From the NCBI GenBank assembly GCA_964384035.1, contig CAYLIB010000007.1, positions 18,769-82,768 on the forward strand: a stretch of 64,000 nt of DNA. Direction: 5' to 3'. The notes under the pieces were generated by a model that was given only the letters and a program-made list of their open reading frames with translations, searched no databases and was not told where the DNA came from. The translations under genes were made by a program, and so were the position numbers. Positions 29,013 to 38,186 of this stretch are shown piece by piece (position 1 is the first letter of the stretch; each line of letters opens with the position of its first letter). The stretch comes from an uncultured Candidatus Saccharibacteria bacterium (GTDB lineage Bacteria; Patescibacteriota; Doudnabacteria; UBA920).

Positions 29013-29276
29013 CGCGCAACTTTAGAACACGGGATCGCATAGTTTGGTACATTTTGGTAGATTTTATTCCCAGTAGCGAATTCCAGGTTGAGGAGTAGGC
29101 TCAGTCCGTCCTAAGCTTTGGAATGTTCCTTTTGCGACTATCCACCGTCCCAGTGCAGACGACCTTAGTAAGAACCGACAAAGTTAGATCTTTTCAAGAG
29201 TCCTTCATCCGCAGTACTTGAAAATCGACCAATTTGTACAAAAATCTGCAATCGATCATAAATAGTAAGAGATTAA
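29013..29276. repeat. About 240-bp intergenic element copy C2 (family with 11728-11969 and 49445-49696), directly upstream of the MurF-like gene
   Basis: Core CTTCATCCGCAGTACTTGAAAATCGACCAATTTGTACAAAAATCTGCAATCGA at 29204-29256 aligns with 11890-11942; further shared blocks upstream; contains sigma70-like TTGTAC-N17-CATAAAT. Confidence 0.45.
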
Positions 29277-30539
29277 ATGAAACAAATATTGCAATATTTA
29301 TTATCCTTCTTGGCTAAGAAGATAATATTAAAATACAAACCAATCGTTGTGGGTATTACCGGTAGTGTGGGCAAGACAAGCGCCAGGAAAGCAATTTCAC
29401 TGGTGCTCTCTTCTAGTATGAGTGTGCGATCTAGTAATAAGAATTACAATAATGAGTTAGGGCTGCCGTTAACAATAATTGGTGAAGATCCTAAAGGTAG
29501 AAATGTTTTTGGTTGGTTGTTTGTTTTACTCAAAGGAATATTTGTTTGGTTATATCCGATAGAGTTCCCTAAAGTTTTAGTTCTAGAGATGGGGATAGAT
29601 AAACCTGGGGATATGGATAATTTATTAGATATTGTTAAGCCCGATATAGGGATTATTACCAGTATTGCTGAGAATCATTATGCGCAATTTGAGAGTCCGA
29701 CTGGTATTGAAATCGAGAAGGGTAAGCTTGCTGAGGCTTTGTCTGACGAAGGTGTATTATTAGTTAATGCAGATAATTTGATAGCTAATAGACAGAGGAA
29801 TAAGACAAAAGCAAAGGTATACTCTTATGGTCGCGCTGTTTTGGCCGATATTAGGGTTTTGACAAGTAAGACTGTGCTTGAACCAGAAGTACATACGGAT
29901 ATTGTGTACGGGTTTGCTGATAAGGAATTTTCTTTACAAATACCTTCTATAGGCGAAGCTCATATATTAGCAACTAGTGCGGCTGCTGCTGTGGGGATGA
30001 TTTTTGGTATAAGCGTGTCTGCACTTCAGGAGAGTTTATTAGAGTACACGCCTGAAGTGGGTAGAATGAATCCTCTTCCGGGGAAAAATGGGTCTGTATT
30101 GCTGGATGATAGTTATAATGCTTCACCGGTTTCCGTTAGGGCTGCACTTGAATTGCTTTCTACTTTTTTACCAAGAAGAAGAATAGCTGTGCTAGGTGAT
30201 ATGCTAGAGTTGGGTAGTATTTCTGATGATAAACATAAAGAAATTGGGCATATGAATATCGGGGGAAATGTTGATTTGTTGGTAACCGTAGGTGAAAGGG
30301 CCAAGCTAATAGCACAAGGTGCTATGGAAAAAGGTTTTCCACAAGAAAGAGTTCGTGTCTATAGGGATATTTTTAGTGCTATTTATTTTCTCCAAGAGGA
30401 ATTGACTGCACAAGATATAATTTTAGTAAAGGGTTCACAGGGGATGAGAATGGAAAAGATTTCTAAGGAATTGTTATCTGACCAGGTAGTGGCTGATGAA
30501 GTTTTGTGTAGGCAGTATGGAAAGTGGTTAAATAACTAA
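29277..30539 (+). CDS. murF: Mur ligase family protein, MurF-like (UDP-MurNAc-peptide D-Ala-D-Ala ligase), lacking the usual N-terminal domain
   Basis: 420 aa; GITGSVGKTS P-loop at residue 28; C-terminal VLGDMLELG motif typical of MurF. Confidence 0.7.
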   Translation: MKQILQYLLSFLAKKIILKYKPIVVGITGSVGKTSARKAISLVLSSSMSVRSSNKNYNNELGLPLTIIGEDPKGRNVFGWLFVLLKGIFVWLYPIEFPKVLVLEMGIDKPGDMDNLLDIVKPDIGIITSIAENHYAQFESPTGIEIEKGKLAEALSDEGVLLVNADNLIANRQRNKTKAKVYSYGRAVLADIRVLTSKTVLEPEVHTDIVYGFADKEFSLQIPSIGEAHILATSAAAAVGMIFGISVSALQESLLEYTPEVGRMNPLPGKNGSVLLDDSYNASPVSVRAALELLSTFLPRRRIAVLGDMLELGSISDDKHKEIGHMNIGGNVDLLVTVGERAKLIAQGAMEKGFPQERVRVYRDIFSAIYFLQEELTAQDIILVKGSQGMRMEKISKELLSDQVVADEVLCRQYGKWLNN

Positions 30540-30550
30540 ATATTGGGGGT

Positions 30551-31678
30551 ATGAATTTACTTAAATCTAAAAATGTAAAAGATAATAAAGTTAGATACCA
30601 AACTCGTGAATTTACAGGGAAATTAGTTGAGGCAAGGAGTTATAAAAGAAAATCTAAGGCACTATCCGAAAATTCATTTTTTAGATTTTTACAAAAAATT
30701 GGACTATACGGTTCTTTGTTTATAGTTTTTATATTTATTCTCATTTTTTTCGTAATTTATGTATTATATTTTTCTTCTTTTTTTAAAGTTGAAAAAATTG
30801 AGGTAAATGGAGGTAATGATATAGAGAAAGAGCGATTAAGAGTAGAGGCGGAGAAATTTTTAGACAAAAGGGGTTATTTGGGGGTTCCTAGAAGTAATTT
30901 ATTAACGTTAGGTAAGGGGGATTTAAGGAAATCGCTCTTAGAGAATATTATAGAAGTTCGCAATAACCTTGAATTTAAAAAAAAGTTCCCAAATACTTTG
31001 GTTATTAATGCAGATTTTAGGAAATCCAAATTTATTATTGGCAATAAGTCTGGTACATATTTATATTTTGATGATTCGCAATATTATAAAAAATTATCTG
31101 AGAATCCAGCGAGTTTTTTTGACTATTCTGGATCTGAGATAAAAATTTGGTGGCAAGGGTTAGAGAATGAAGGTAGGCCAGAGGTGGATAATATAGTTTT
31201 TGAGAATGTATCCAAGATAAAGGATTTATACTTTCCTCCATCTGGTAATAGTTTTGATTTTTTGGTAATGGGGGTCGGCTCAAGGGATCAAGAAGAAGTG
31301 AATTCTGGATTGGATCCTAGGGTGATTTTAGTTAATGAGGATTTGGGTCCTGGAGAGGCAGTCGTGTATACGCGTTGGTTTGATTCTGATATAAATAAGA
31401 TTCCTGGCGGGTTTAAGGTTTATCTTGATACTAAAACTAGTCTGCCAGAGGTAATGGCTAGGGCAGAATTGGTTATAGATAAGCGACCACTCGACAAGCG
31501 AAAGCTGCTCTATTATATTGATATGCGATATGAGAATCGAGCTTTTTTGTGTGAAATGGGATCTGTTTGTGCTCAAGTAGAGGCACCAAAAGTGCCAAGT
31601 TTACCAGGTACAGAAATAAATGAAAATTTAGAGAGTATTCCCCCGCATCTCCAAACCAAAGTCAGGGGTGAAAATTAA
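30551..31678 (+). CDS. Membrane-anchored cell division protein candidate, FtsQ/DivIB-like (POTRA)
   Basis: 375 aa; single N-terminal TM; POTRA-like KVEKIEVNGGNDIEKERLRVEAEKFL...SNLLTL just after the TM; position after murF. Confidence 0.4.
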   Translation: MNLLKSKNVKDNKVRYQTREFTGKLVEARSYKRKSKALSENSFFRFLQKIGLYGSLFIVFIFILIFFVIYVLYFSSFFKVEKIEVNGGNDIEKERLRVEAEKFLDKRGYLGVPRSNLLTLGKGDLRKSLLENIIEVRNNLEFKKKFPNTLVINADFRKSKFIIGNKSGTYLYFDDSQYYKKLSENPASFFDYSGSEIKIWWQGLENEGRPEVDNIVFENVSKIKDLYFPPSGNSFDFLVMGVGSRDQEEVNSGLDPRVILVNEDLGPGEAVVYTRWFDSDINKIPGGFKVYLDTKTSLPEVMARAELVIDKRPLDKRKLLYYIDMRYENRAFLCEMGSVCAQVEAPKVPSLPGTEINENLESIPPHLQTKVRGEN

Positions 31679-31693
31679 TTAGAAAGTCGAATT

Positions 31694-32377
31694 ATGAAAA
31701 AATTATATGTTTTGTCTCTAGGTGGGTCATTGTTCTCCGGGGAAAATGGTCCAAATACTGAATTTGTAAAAAAAATATTAGTTTTTTTAAAAAAACAGGC
31801 AAAACAGGGGAGTCGATTTATAATTATTACTGGAGGGGGTATAGTTTGCAGGCAGTATCAGCAGTCATTAACCAAATTAGGTATTTCAAATTCCATTTCA
31901 TTAGATTGGATGGGGATCTTTGCTACCAGGCTCAATGCTGAGTATTTTAGATTGAGTTTGGGATCTGAGGCTCATCCAACTGTGGTAATCGATCCAAACA
32001 AAAAAATAAATTTTAAAGAAAATTTTCTAATAGCAGGTGGTTGGATGCCAGGAAGAAGTAGCGATGATGATGCTGTAAGGCTTGCTAAGATGTATGGTTC
32101 AGATTATATAGTTAATCTAAGTAATATTGATTATCTTTATGATAAGGACCCTAATTTGCATTCTGATGCTAGTCGTATAGAAGAGATTTCTTGGAAAGAC
32201 TATATAAAGTTGGTGGGTAAAAAATGGGTTCCAGGAGCTCATGTGCCTTTTGACCCTATTGCTTCCCAGTTTGCAAGTAAGAATAGGTTGAATGTGGTTA
32301 TAGCCAATGGGAATGATTTAAAAAATTTGGAAAATATTTTTAAGAATAAGAAATATAAAGGAACTGTAATAAAATAA
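31694..32377 (+). CDS. pyrH: Amino-acid-kinase family protein, archaeal-type uridylate kinase. The alternative is isopentenyl phosphate kinase.
   Basis: 227 aa; LSLGGSLF, ITGGG, GGWMPGRSSDDDAVRLA (compare archaeal PyrH GGTHPGHTTDAVAALLA). Confidence 0.55.
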   Translation: MKKLYVLSLGGSLFSGENGPNTEFVKKILVFLKKQAKQGSRFIIITGGGIVCRQYQQSLTKLGISNSISLDWMGIFATRLNAEYFRLSLGSEAHPTVVIDPNKKINFKENFLIAGGWMPGRSSDDDAVRLAKMYGSDYIVNLSNIDYLYDKDPNLHSDASRIEEISWKDYIKLVGKKWVPGAHVPFDPIASQFASKNRLNVVIANGNDLKNLENIFKNKKYKGTVIK

Positions 32378-32390
32378 CCCCTTCTGGGGG

Positions 32391-33956
32391 TTATTTTATT
32401 ATGTACTGTGTTACGTAGATGTTTGTTCCCACATATGGTCTGACATCTGGGTAGTAAATTTCTTTGTTTACTTGAACAAAGTTTGAGGGTATTTCTGGTT
32501 TGCTTCCCCCGAATCCATTTGTCCAAAGTAACCAAACAGTTTTACCTTTCGGTAAACTATTTAACTCCGGGAGTAAATCTTCATTGGTTAGAATAGCAGT
32601 ACCTGCGAAATGTGGTAGTTGATGAATGTCTTTGGTGCCTCCACTGTATAGTTTAGGTATTAGACCAGTACTGAGATTTGGGCGAGAGTTATAGTACTTA
32701 TAATTAAAGAATTCAAAGCTAGAACCTATGATTATTTCATCGTCTTTTGTAGCATTTGCTTTTAGGTATTTTGCTGCCGCCGACATACCGGGTCTTTCCA
32801 TTACTTTGGTTTCGTCCCAGAAATGGTAGATGCTGAATAAACAGAGAAAAGCGTAGAGTGTTAAAAGAGTGTACTTTAGTTTATCTAGTTTTAGTTTATA
32901 AATAGCACCTGTTGCCATTATGATCAGGAATGGCGAGGAGTAGAGAAAATATCTAACTAAATATACTGAGCTATTTGAACCTTTGAGGTGAGCAAGTACC
33001 GCGAATAACAAGCTTCCTATAAAGGGAGCTAGGAAAGATAATAGAATTAACCACTTCTCTGGTTTTTTATATTTAAATAAGAAATTGAAAATAAGCCAGA
33101 TTACTAAAATTGTGATTACGCTAACTAGTATTTGGCTTCTTGATTTGTTAATATCTATACCAATTCCTACTATAAGAGTCCATAGAGTGCTTGGTATGCT
33201 CCACCTGTCTATGGGAGGTATCCAATAACCTGCCCCTACCTGCCTGAACTGGAATAGAAAGGTAGGTATGTATGATGAGAAGGCTAAAACTATAAAGATG
33301 TAACTAAGTAGGAGTGAAGCATAGTTTTTGATTTTGAGTCTGTATAGGTAGGTGGTATAAAGAAACGCGTAACCTAAAAGTGCGAGCGCGGTAAATAATA
33401 AGTAATAATGGGTGAGGATTATTATGCTAATTGATGCAGAGAAAGATAGATAGTAAAGTATTCTTTTTCCTGGATTTTTCTCTAAACCCATGTTTTTGGA
33501 CTTTTGGGTTTCCATCTTTAAAGCCTTAGTAAGAAATAGTGCTGAAAGTACACCAAAGAAAGCGCCCATTGTATACATTCTTGCTTCGGTAACATAGGCA
33601 ATTTGGAAAGGGTTAAGGGCGGTGAGGATACTTGCTAGTATCGCATATTTTTCGTCTTCAAATATTTCTTTGACCAGAAGATAAACTACTAAAATTAACG
33701 CTACTCCAAAGAAAACGGAAAATCCCCTGAGTGATCCGAGTGAGTCCCCGAATGCATAGTTCCAAAAACGTAGAAAAATATAATACATCGGAGGGTGTAC
33801 ATCTAATCCGATTCTGTAAATCATCTCAGGGAATGAGTATTTTATTAAGAGAGCGGAGAAAGCTTCGTCGTGCCAAAGGCTGATACCCGTTAGGTTTATA
33901 AGTCTAATGACTAGACCAAGGGTAAGGCTTGATATTATACCTAGGTATTTTTTCAT
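32391..33956 (-). CDS. GT-C fold membrane glycosyltransferase (GT39/GT83, PMT/ArnT-like; polyprenyl-phosphate-sugar dependent)
   Basis: 521 aa; first-loop motif WHDEAFSAL...DVHPP typical of PMT/ArnT-like enzymes; 11+ TM helices. Confidence 0.65.
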   Translation of the reverse strand: MKKYLGIISSLTLGLVIRLINLTGISLWHDEAFSALLIKYSFPEMIYRIGLDVHPPMYYIFLRFWNYAFGDSLGSLRGFSVFFGVALILVVYLLVKEIFEDEKYAILASILTALNPFQIAYVTEARMYTMGAFFGVLSALFLTKALKMETQKSKNMGLEKNPGKRILYYLSFSASISIIILTHYYLLFTALALLGYAFLYTTYLYRLKIKNYASLLLSYIFIVLAFSSYIPTFLFQFRQVGAGYWIPPIDRWSIPSTLWTLIVGIGIDINKSRSQILVSVITILVIWLIFNFLFKYKKPEKWLILLSFLAPFIGSLLFAVLAHLKGSNSSVYLVRYFLYSSPFLIIMATGAIYKLKLDKLKYTLLTLYAFLCLFSIYHFWDETKVMERPGMSAAAKYLKANATKDDEIIIGSSFEFFNYKYYNSRPNLSTGLIPKLYSGGTKDIHQLPHFAGTAILTNEDLLPELNSLPKGKTVWLLWTNGFGGSKPEIPSNFVQVNKEIYYPDVRPYVGTNIYVTQYIIK

Positions 33957-34026
33957 AACTTGGGTGTGTGGTATTATTATTTATTGTTTCTATAAATTGG
34001 TTACTAAGCTAAATAGGAGGTTTGAG

Positions 34027-34350
34027 ATGGAATTCAGGTACTTTGAGTGTTCATGTCAGGGTCAGGGGATGGTTATACTAGGTCAACAAGTATATTTTGT
34101 TTATAGTCAAAAGGAGGCATTTGGTGTTTTAGGGAGAGTTGTGGTTTCACCTGGCAATGGAATTTTTGCAAAATTACAAACACAAGGATTGAGGGAATTA
34201 CAGTCGATTCTTTCGGTTCGGTGTTATTTACCTGAGTCTGAAGATGGGGTGACTTATAGTGTTAATACTCATCCTGAGCACTCTTTGGTCCACAAGGAAT
34301 TGTTTGAAAAATTGTTAGAGTTTCAAAGAAGACTTTTAAAAGAAGATTAG
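34027..34350 (+). CDS. Small hypothetical protein. The track ORF 33907-34350 overlaps the GT-C gene; the probable start is the internal Met at 34027.
   Basis: ORF only. Confidence 0.3.
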   Translation: MEFRYFECSCQGQGMVILGQQVYFVYSQKEAFGVLGRVVVSPGNGIFAKLQTQGLRELQSILSVRCYLPESEDGVTYSVNTHPEHSLVHKELFEKLLEFQRRLLKED

Positions 34351-34369
34351 CCGTATTTAACGGTATTTT

Positions 34370-36127
34370 TTATTTTACATAAACTGCAATAACTACTTGT
34401 CCGAATTTGTTCCTCTGTTCATAAGTTAGTCGATAATTTGGGTAAGCTTCTTTGAAGCGTTTTATATCGTAAATACTAGACTGTGTGAATACGATTTGGT
34501 CACCGATTTTTATATTGTGGAGCTTTTCCAATATTTGGATTTGTTCCGGGTCAACTTGGGTGTATGGGCGATTTTTTGGGTTCTCGTCTAGGTGTTTTGG
34601 GTCAATTACAGTTAAGTAGTCTGGGGTTTGTACGGAGAATTTATCAAGTACTAAGTATGTTGTTTTTTTATTACCGTAAGTTTTTAGGTATTCAGAGACG
34701 ATGGTAAGGTCTGATCGAAATGAATAGAAATTTGCAGGATCGTTATATGCTATTACAAAATAGTTTGCATAGGTTTCTAAGGGTATACCAATAAAGAACA
34801 GTGTAGCCAATAAGATTCCGAAAGATTTACATACCCACCATCTAATAGTTTCTCCTTTGTATATACTTAAACTTTTGGTGTAGCTTTGTAAAAGTTCCAG
34901 TTTGTAACGTATGAGTTTTTTGACCAGTTCTGAAACTTGAATTATTCCATATGCTGAAATAATAAAGACAGCTGGGATGGTGCCGATGCTTCGTAGACCG
35001 TGCGGAATGCCTTCGGCAGTGGTTATAACTGGGATAAGCATGCCTAAAAACCAGCCTATGATCAGAAAATGTGGCCAATATTTTCTAAATTTTTCTGGCC
35101 TTAGGAAATAATATAAAGCTAAGAGAAGGGAAGTTGCTAATCCAAATGCAAAAAAAGGAGAAACGAGTGGGGATAAGAACGGGAGTCCTGAGATATTATG
35201 TCTATAGTTAAGGTCTCCGATAGTAAAATAGGCTAGGAAGCTTTCTTTGCTTACTTCTAATACAGTACCAGTAAGGTTTCCCTTATTGAGTTCAGGATTA
35301 AAAACACTTACTTGTCCGCTTCTTCCAATAAAACTACCTGGATGTGTGTAAAAGTAATGGGCGAGTGGAAATATGAAGATAGTAAATGCAATAATCGCCA
35401 AGCTTAACTGTTTTATCCAATCTAGTTTGATTGCTGAAAGTCTTCTGTTATGCCAAAGATGGTTTAACAGAGGCCAGAATACGGCGAAGAATAGAATCGG
35501 TACAAGAATTCGGTAAGCGATATAGGTATAAAAACCTAATGCAAAGGTCGCTCCAAAGAGAGTTGAATAAATTAGTTTTTTCTTTACAGTTTCACTATTC
35601 CAGCTTTTTAATAGGAAATAAAAAGTAAAAGTGGCAAAAAGAGGAATTAGATTGGCCCTAAAAGCAGTTCTAGAAAGTACAGTATGCCATGAGCTTGTAG
35701 AGATTAGAAAGAAGCTGAGGAGGGCGATATTTGTGCTTTTGTGTTTTTCTTCGTATGTGTCAAATAGAACCTTGGTGAGAAAAAATGTACCAACGCAAGC
35801 GACTATGCCAACTAAAGCTGAAGTTAAATGGTGTTGCCAAACACCAAAGCCAAATATTTTGACCATAGTCCAGATCATGTAGAAAAATAGAGCTTCTCGT
35901 CCATTTCCTCTTTCGTAGAAGGGCTGTAGTTGCCCCTGTTCCATCGAAATAATATCTAAACCATTAGCGGCTTCGTCTGGGAAAAGACCACCAGGCATAT
36001 CAGCTTGTACGGTTTTTACATTTGTTGGATTTAAGGGAGACTTTTCGTATTTGATGAGATGAAAAGTTCTAAAAAATATCGCCAGAAAAAGGATCAGAAA
36101 GAATGCAATTTTTTGATTTTTTGTCAA
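34370..36127 (-). CDS. Second GT-C fold membrane glycosyltransferase (PMT/ArnT-like)
   Basis: 585 aa; N-terminal TM then loop with FPDEAANGLD...; many TM helices; C-terminal soluble domain. Confidence 0.6.
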   Translation of the reverse strand: MTKNQKIAFFLILFLAIFFRTFHLIKYEKSPLNPTNVKTVQADMPGGLFPDEAANGLDIISMEQGQLQPFYERGNGREALFFYMIWTMVKIFGFGVWQHHLTSALVGIVACVGTFFLTKVLFDTYEEKHKSTNIALLSFFLISTSSWHTVLSRTAFRANLIPLFATFTFYFLLKSWNSETVKKKLIYSTLFGATFALGFYTYIAYRILVPILFFAVFWPLLNHLWHNRRLSAIKLDWIKQLSLAIIAFTIFIFPLAHYFYTHPGSFIGRSGQVSVFNPELNKGNLTGTVLEVSKESFLAYFTIGDLNYRHNISGLPFLSPLVSPFFAFGLATSLLLALYYFLRPEKFRKYWPHFLIIGWFLGMLIPVITTAEGIPHGLRSIGTIPAVFIISAYGIIQVSELVKKLIRYKLELLQSYTKSLSIYKGETIRWWVCKSFGILLATLFFIGIPLETYANYFVIAYNDPANFYSFRSDLTIVSEYLKTYGNKKTTYLVLDKFSVQTPDYLTVIDPKHLDENPKNRPYTQVDPEQIQILEKLHNIKIGDQIVFTQSSIYDIKRFKEAYPNYRLTYEQRNKFGQVVIAVYVK

Positions 36128-36173
36128 TTTGTTTGTTTTACGTAAGTAATGATTTTGATTAAACTATGTAGGT

Positions 36174-36500
36174 ATGCTCAAATATCGAATTTTTATAGTT
36201 TGGATCGCAACTTTTATTGTTAATATTATAACATTGGCAATTATTGTTGCCCAGGGAAAAGTTTCTAGATCGGTAGTCTTACATTACAATGTAATTGTAG
36301 GTGCTGAATATTTTGGTGATGCATCGAATAATTATAAGATTCCGGCAATAGGTCTTTTTATTCTTGTTTTTAATACAGTAATGTACGTGTTTTTGCGAAG
36401 AGCTAAGCAAGATTTTTTAGCAGAGGTATCAATTTACACAACTTTATTAGTAAGTATAGTGCTTTTAGTCGCTTATATGTTTTTGTTAAGTATTAATTAA
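36174..36500 (+). CDS. Small integral membrane protein (108 aa, 3 TM)
   Basis: Hydrophobic ORF between the GT-C gene and the GT2 gene. Confidence 0.35.
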   Translation: MLKYRIFIVWIATFIVNIITLAIIVAQGKVSRSVVLHYNVIVGAEYFGDASNNYKIPAIGLFILVFNTVMYVFLRRAKQDFLAEVSIYTTLLVSIVLLVAYMFLLSIN

Positions 36501-36506
36501 TTAGGA

Positions 36507-38186
36507 TTGCTCTGTATGAGTTATAGAAAGAGAACATCAAGGGAGAGATTTTGGGAAATTCTGCCAGGTCTATCGTTTTGGGTGGTGTTTTTATCAGCTA
36601 TTGCCCTTTCCTTTTTAAAACCAGTGGCAGCAGCTTTGTTTATAATCTGTTTTGATCTGTATTGGGTTTTAAAAGCAGTTAATACAGCTTTTCATTTAAT
36701 GTCGAGTTATAGGATTTTTCGTGTTGTAGTTAAAATCGATTGGCGTAAGTTGTTAAGCCTAACTACTGATTTGAAAGAATTGATTACGGAGTTACAAAGT
36801 AGGTTAGATTTAAGCACAAAAAGAGTTGAAAGATTTTTTTTAAGAAAAGAAATTTCGAGAATAAACAAACTAATTGAAATAAAAAGCAATATTCCGGACT
36901 ATCGAAATGTATATCATTTAATAATTATCCCGTTTGTTGATGAGTCATTAGAGGTTCTAGATTCTACGGTTTCAGCTCTTGTAAATACCAATTATGCTCG
37001 TGAAAATTTAATTTTGCTTTTAGCTAACGAGGAAAGAGCAGGTGATACTGCGCTACGGATAGCTGAACAGATTAAAGAAAAGTATAGTAGTGGTTTTTAT
37101 AAAGTATTCATAACTAGGCATCCTGATGGACTACCAGGCGAGATAAAGGGTAAAAGCGCTAATGCAAGTTATGCGGTTTTGTCGGTTTTGGGTGAATTGG
37201 AGTCTTTAAAGATACCAAAAGAAAATGTAATTATTTCTAACTTTGACAGTGATACGATAGTGCATCCCGAGTATTTTGCTAGGGTTGCCTATGAGTTTGT
37301 TCTTTCTCTGAAACGATACAGGAGAAGCTATCAGCCTATAGCTATATATAATAATAATATTTGGGATAGTCCAGCATTTATAAGAGTTGTTTCGGTATCT
37401 AATTCTTTTTGGCAATTTACTGAGTCTAGTCGACCAGACAGATTAAGGACTTTTTCGTCACATTCTATGCCCTTGCTTACTCTTCTTGAGGTGGGAATGT
37501 GGAAAAAAGATATAGTTAACGAAGATGGGTATATTTTTTGGCAATGTTATTTGCATTATAAAGGTGATTATCAGGTAGTGCCTTTATTTATTCCAATATC
37601 TTTAGATACCTGTTTGGCTGATAGTTTTTGGCAAACATTAGTGAATCAATACAAGCAGAAAAGACGTTGGGCTTACAATGTTGAATATTACCCCCATCTA
37701 GTCCCTAAGTTAATTACAAGTAAGGCTCCTTTGTTCGATAGGATGTATAAACTTTGGCAGTACGTCGAGGGTGATTTTAACTGGGCTACAGCAAGTATTT
37801 TAATTTCAACTTTAGGTTGGTTACCGTTATTTGTTGGCGGTCAAGACTTTACTTCGAGCGTGGTTGCATTCAATTTGCCGAAAACGACAAAGACCCTAAT
37901 GACTATTGCAACTTTTTTCTTAATTTTTAGTGTTTATATAAACTTAATACTCTTGCCACCTAGGCCAAAGAAATATGGTAGAAGCAGGAGTGTGATGATG
38001 TATTTGCAATGGTTTTTAGTGCCTATAGTTTCGCTTGTGTTTGGTAGTCTGCCAGCAATAGAAGCACAAACCCGATTAATGCTTGGTAAGTATCTTGAAT
38101 TTTGGGTAACCCCTAAAACAAGGAAGGGGGTCACTACAGGTTTAGATATGAAAGAGATGCAAAGTGTTGGAGAAGAAAACGTATGA
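36507..38186 (+). CDS. Membrane-embedded processive family 2 glycosyltransferase (cellulose/chitin/hyaluronan synthase-like)
   Basis: 559 aa; N- and C-terminal TM bundles; DxD (NFDSDT), ED (NEDGYIF) and Q(Y)K(Q)KRRW, i.e. a QxxRW processivity motif. Confidence 0.65.
   Translation: MLCMSYRKRTSRERFWEILPGLSFWVVFLSAIALSFLKPVAAALFIICFDLYWVLKAVNTAFHLMSSYRIFRVVVKIDWRKLLSLTTDLKELITELQSRLDLSTKRVERFFLRKEISRINKLIEIKSNIPDYRNVYHLIIIPFVDESLEVLDSTVSALVNTNYARENLILLLANEERAGDTALRIAEQIKEKYSSGFYKVFITRHPDGLPGEIKGKSANASYAVLSVLGELESLKIPKENVIISNFDSDTIVHPEYFARVAYEFVLSLKRYRRSYQPIAIYNNNIWDSPAFIRVVSVSNSFWQFTESSRPDRLRTFSSHSMPLLTLLEVGMWKKDIVNEDGYIFWQCYLHYKGDYQVVPLFIPISLDTCLADSFWQTLVNQYKQKRRWAYNVEYYPHLVPKLITSKAPLFDRMYKLWQYVEGDFNWATASILISTLGWLPLFVGGQDFTSSVVAFNLPKTTKTLMTIATFFLIFSVYINLILLPPRPKKYGRSRSVMMYLQWFLVPIVSLVFGSLPAIEAQTRLMLGKYLEFWVTPKTRKGVTTGLDMKEMQSVGEENV

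Noticed and set aside
33907-34026. N-terminal 40 codons of the track ORF 33907-34350
   Set aside because: Overlaps the start region of the minus-strand GT-C gene (32391-33956); the internal Met at 34027 is the more plausible start.
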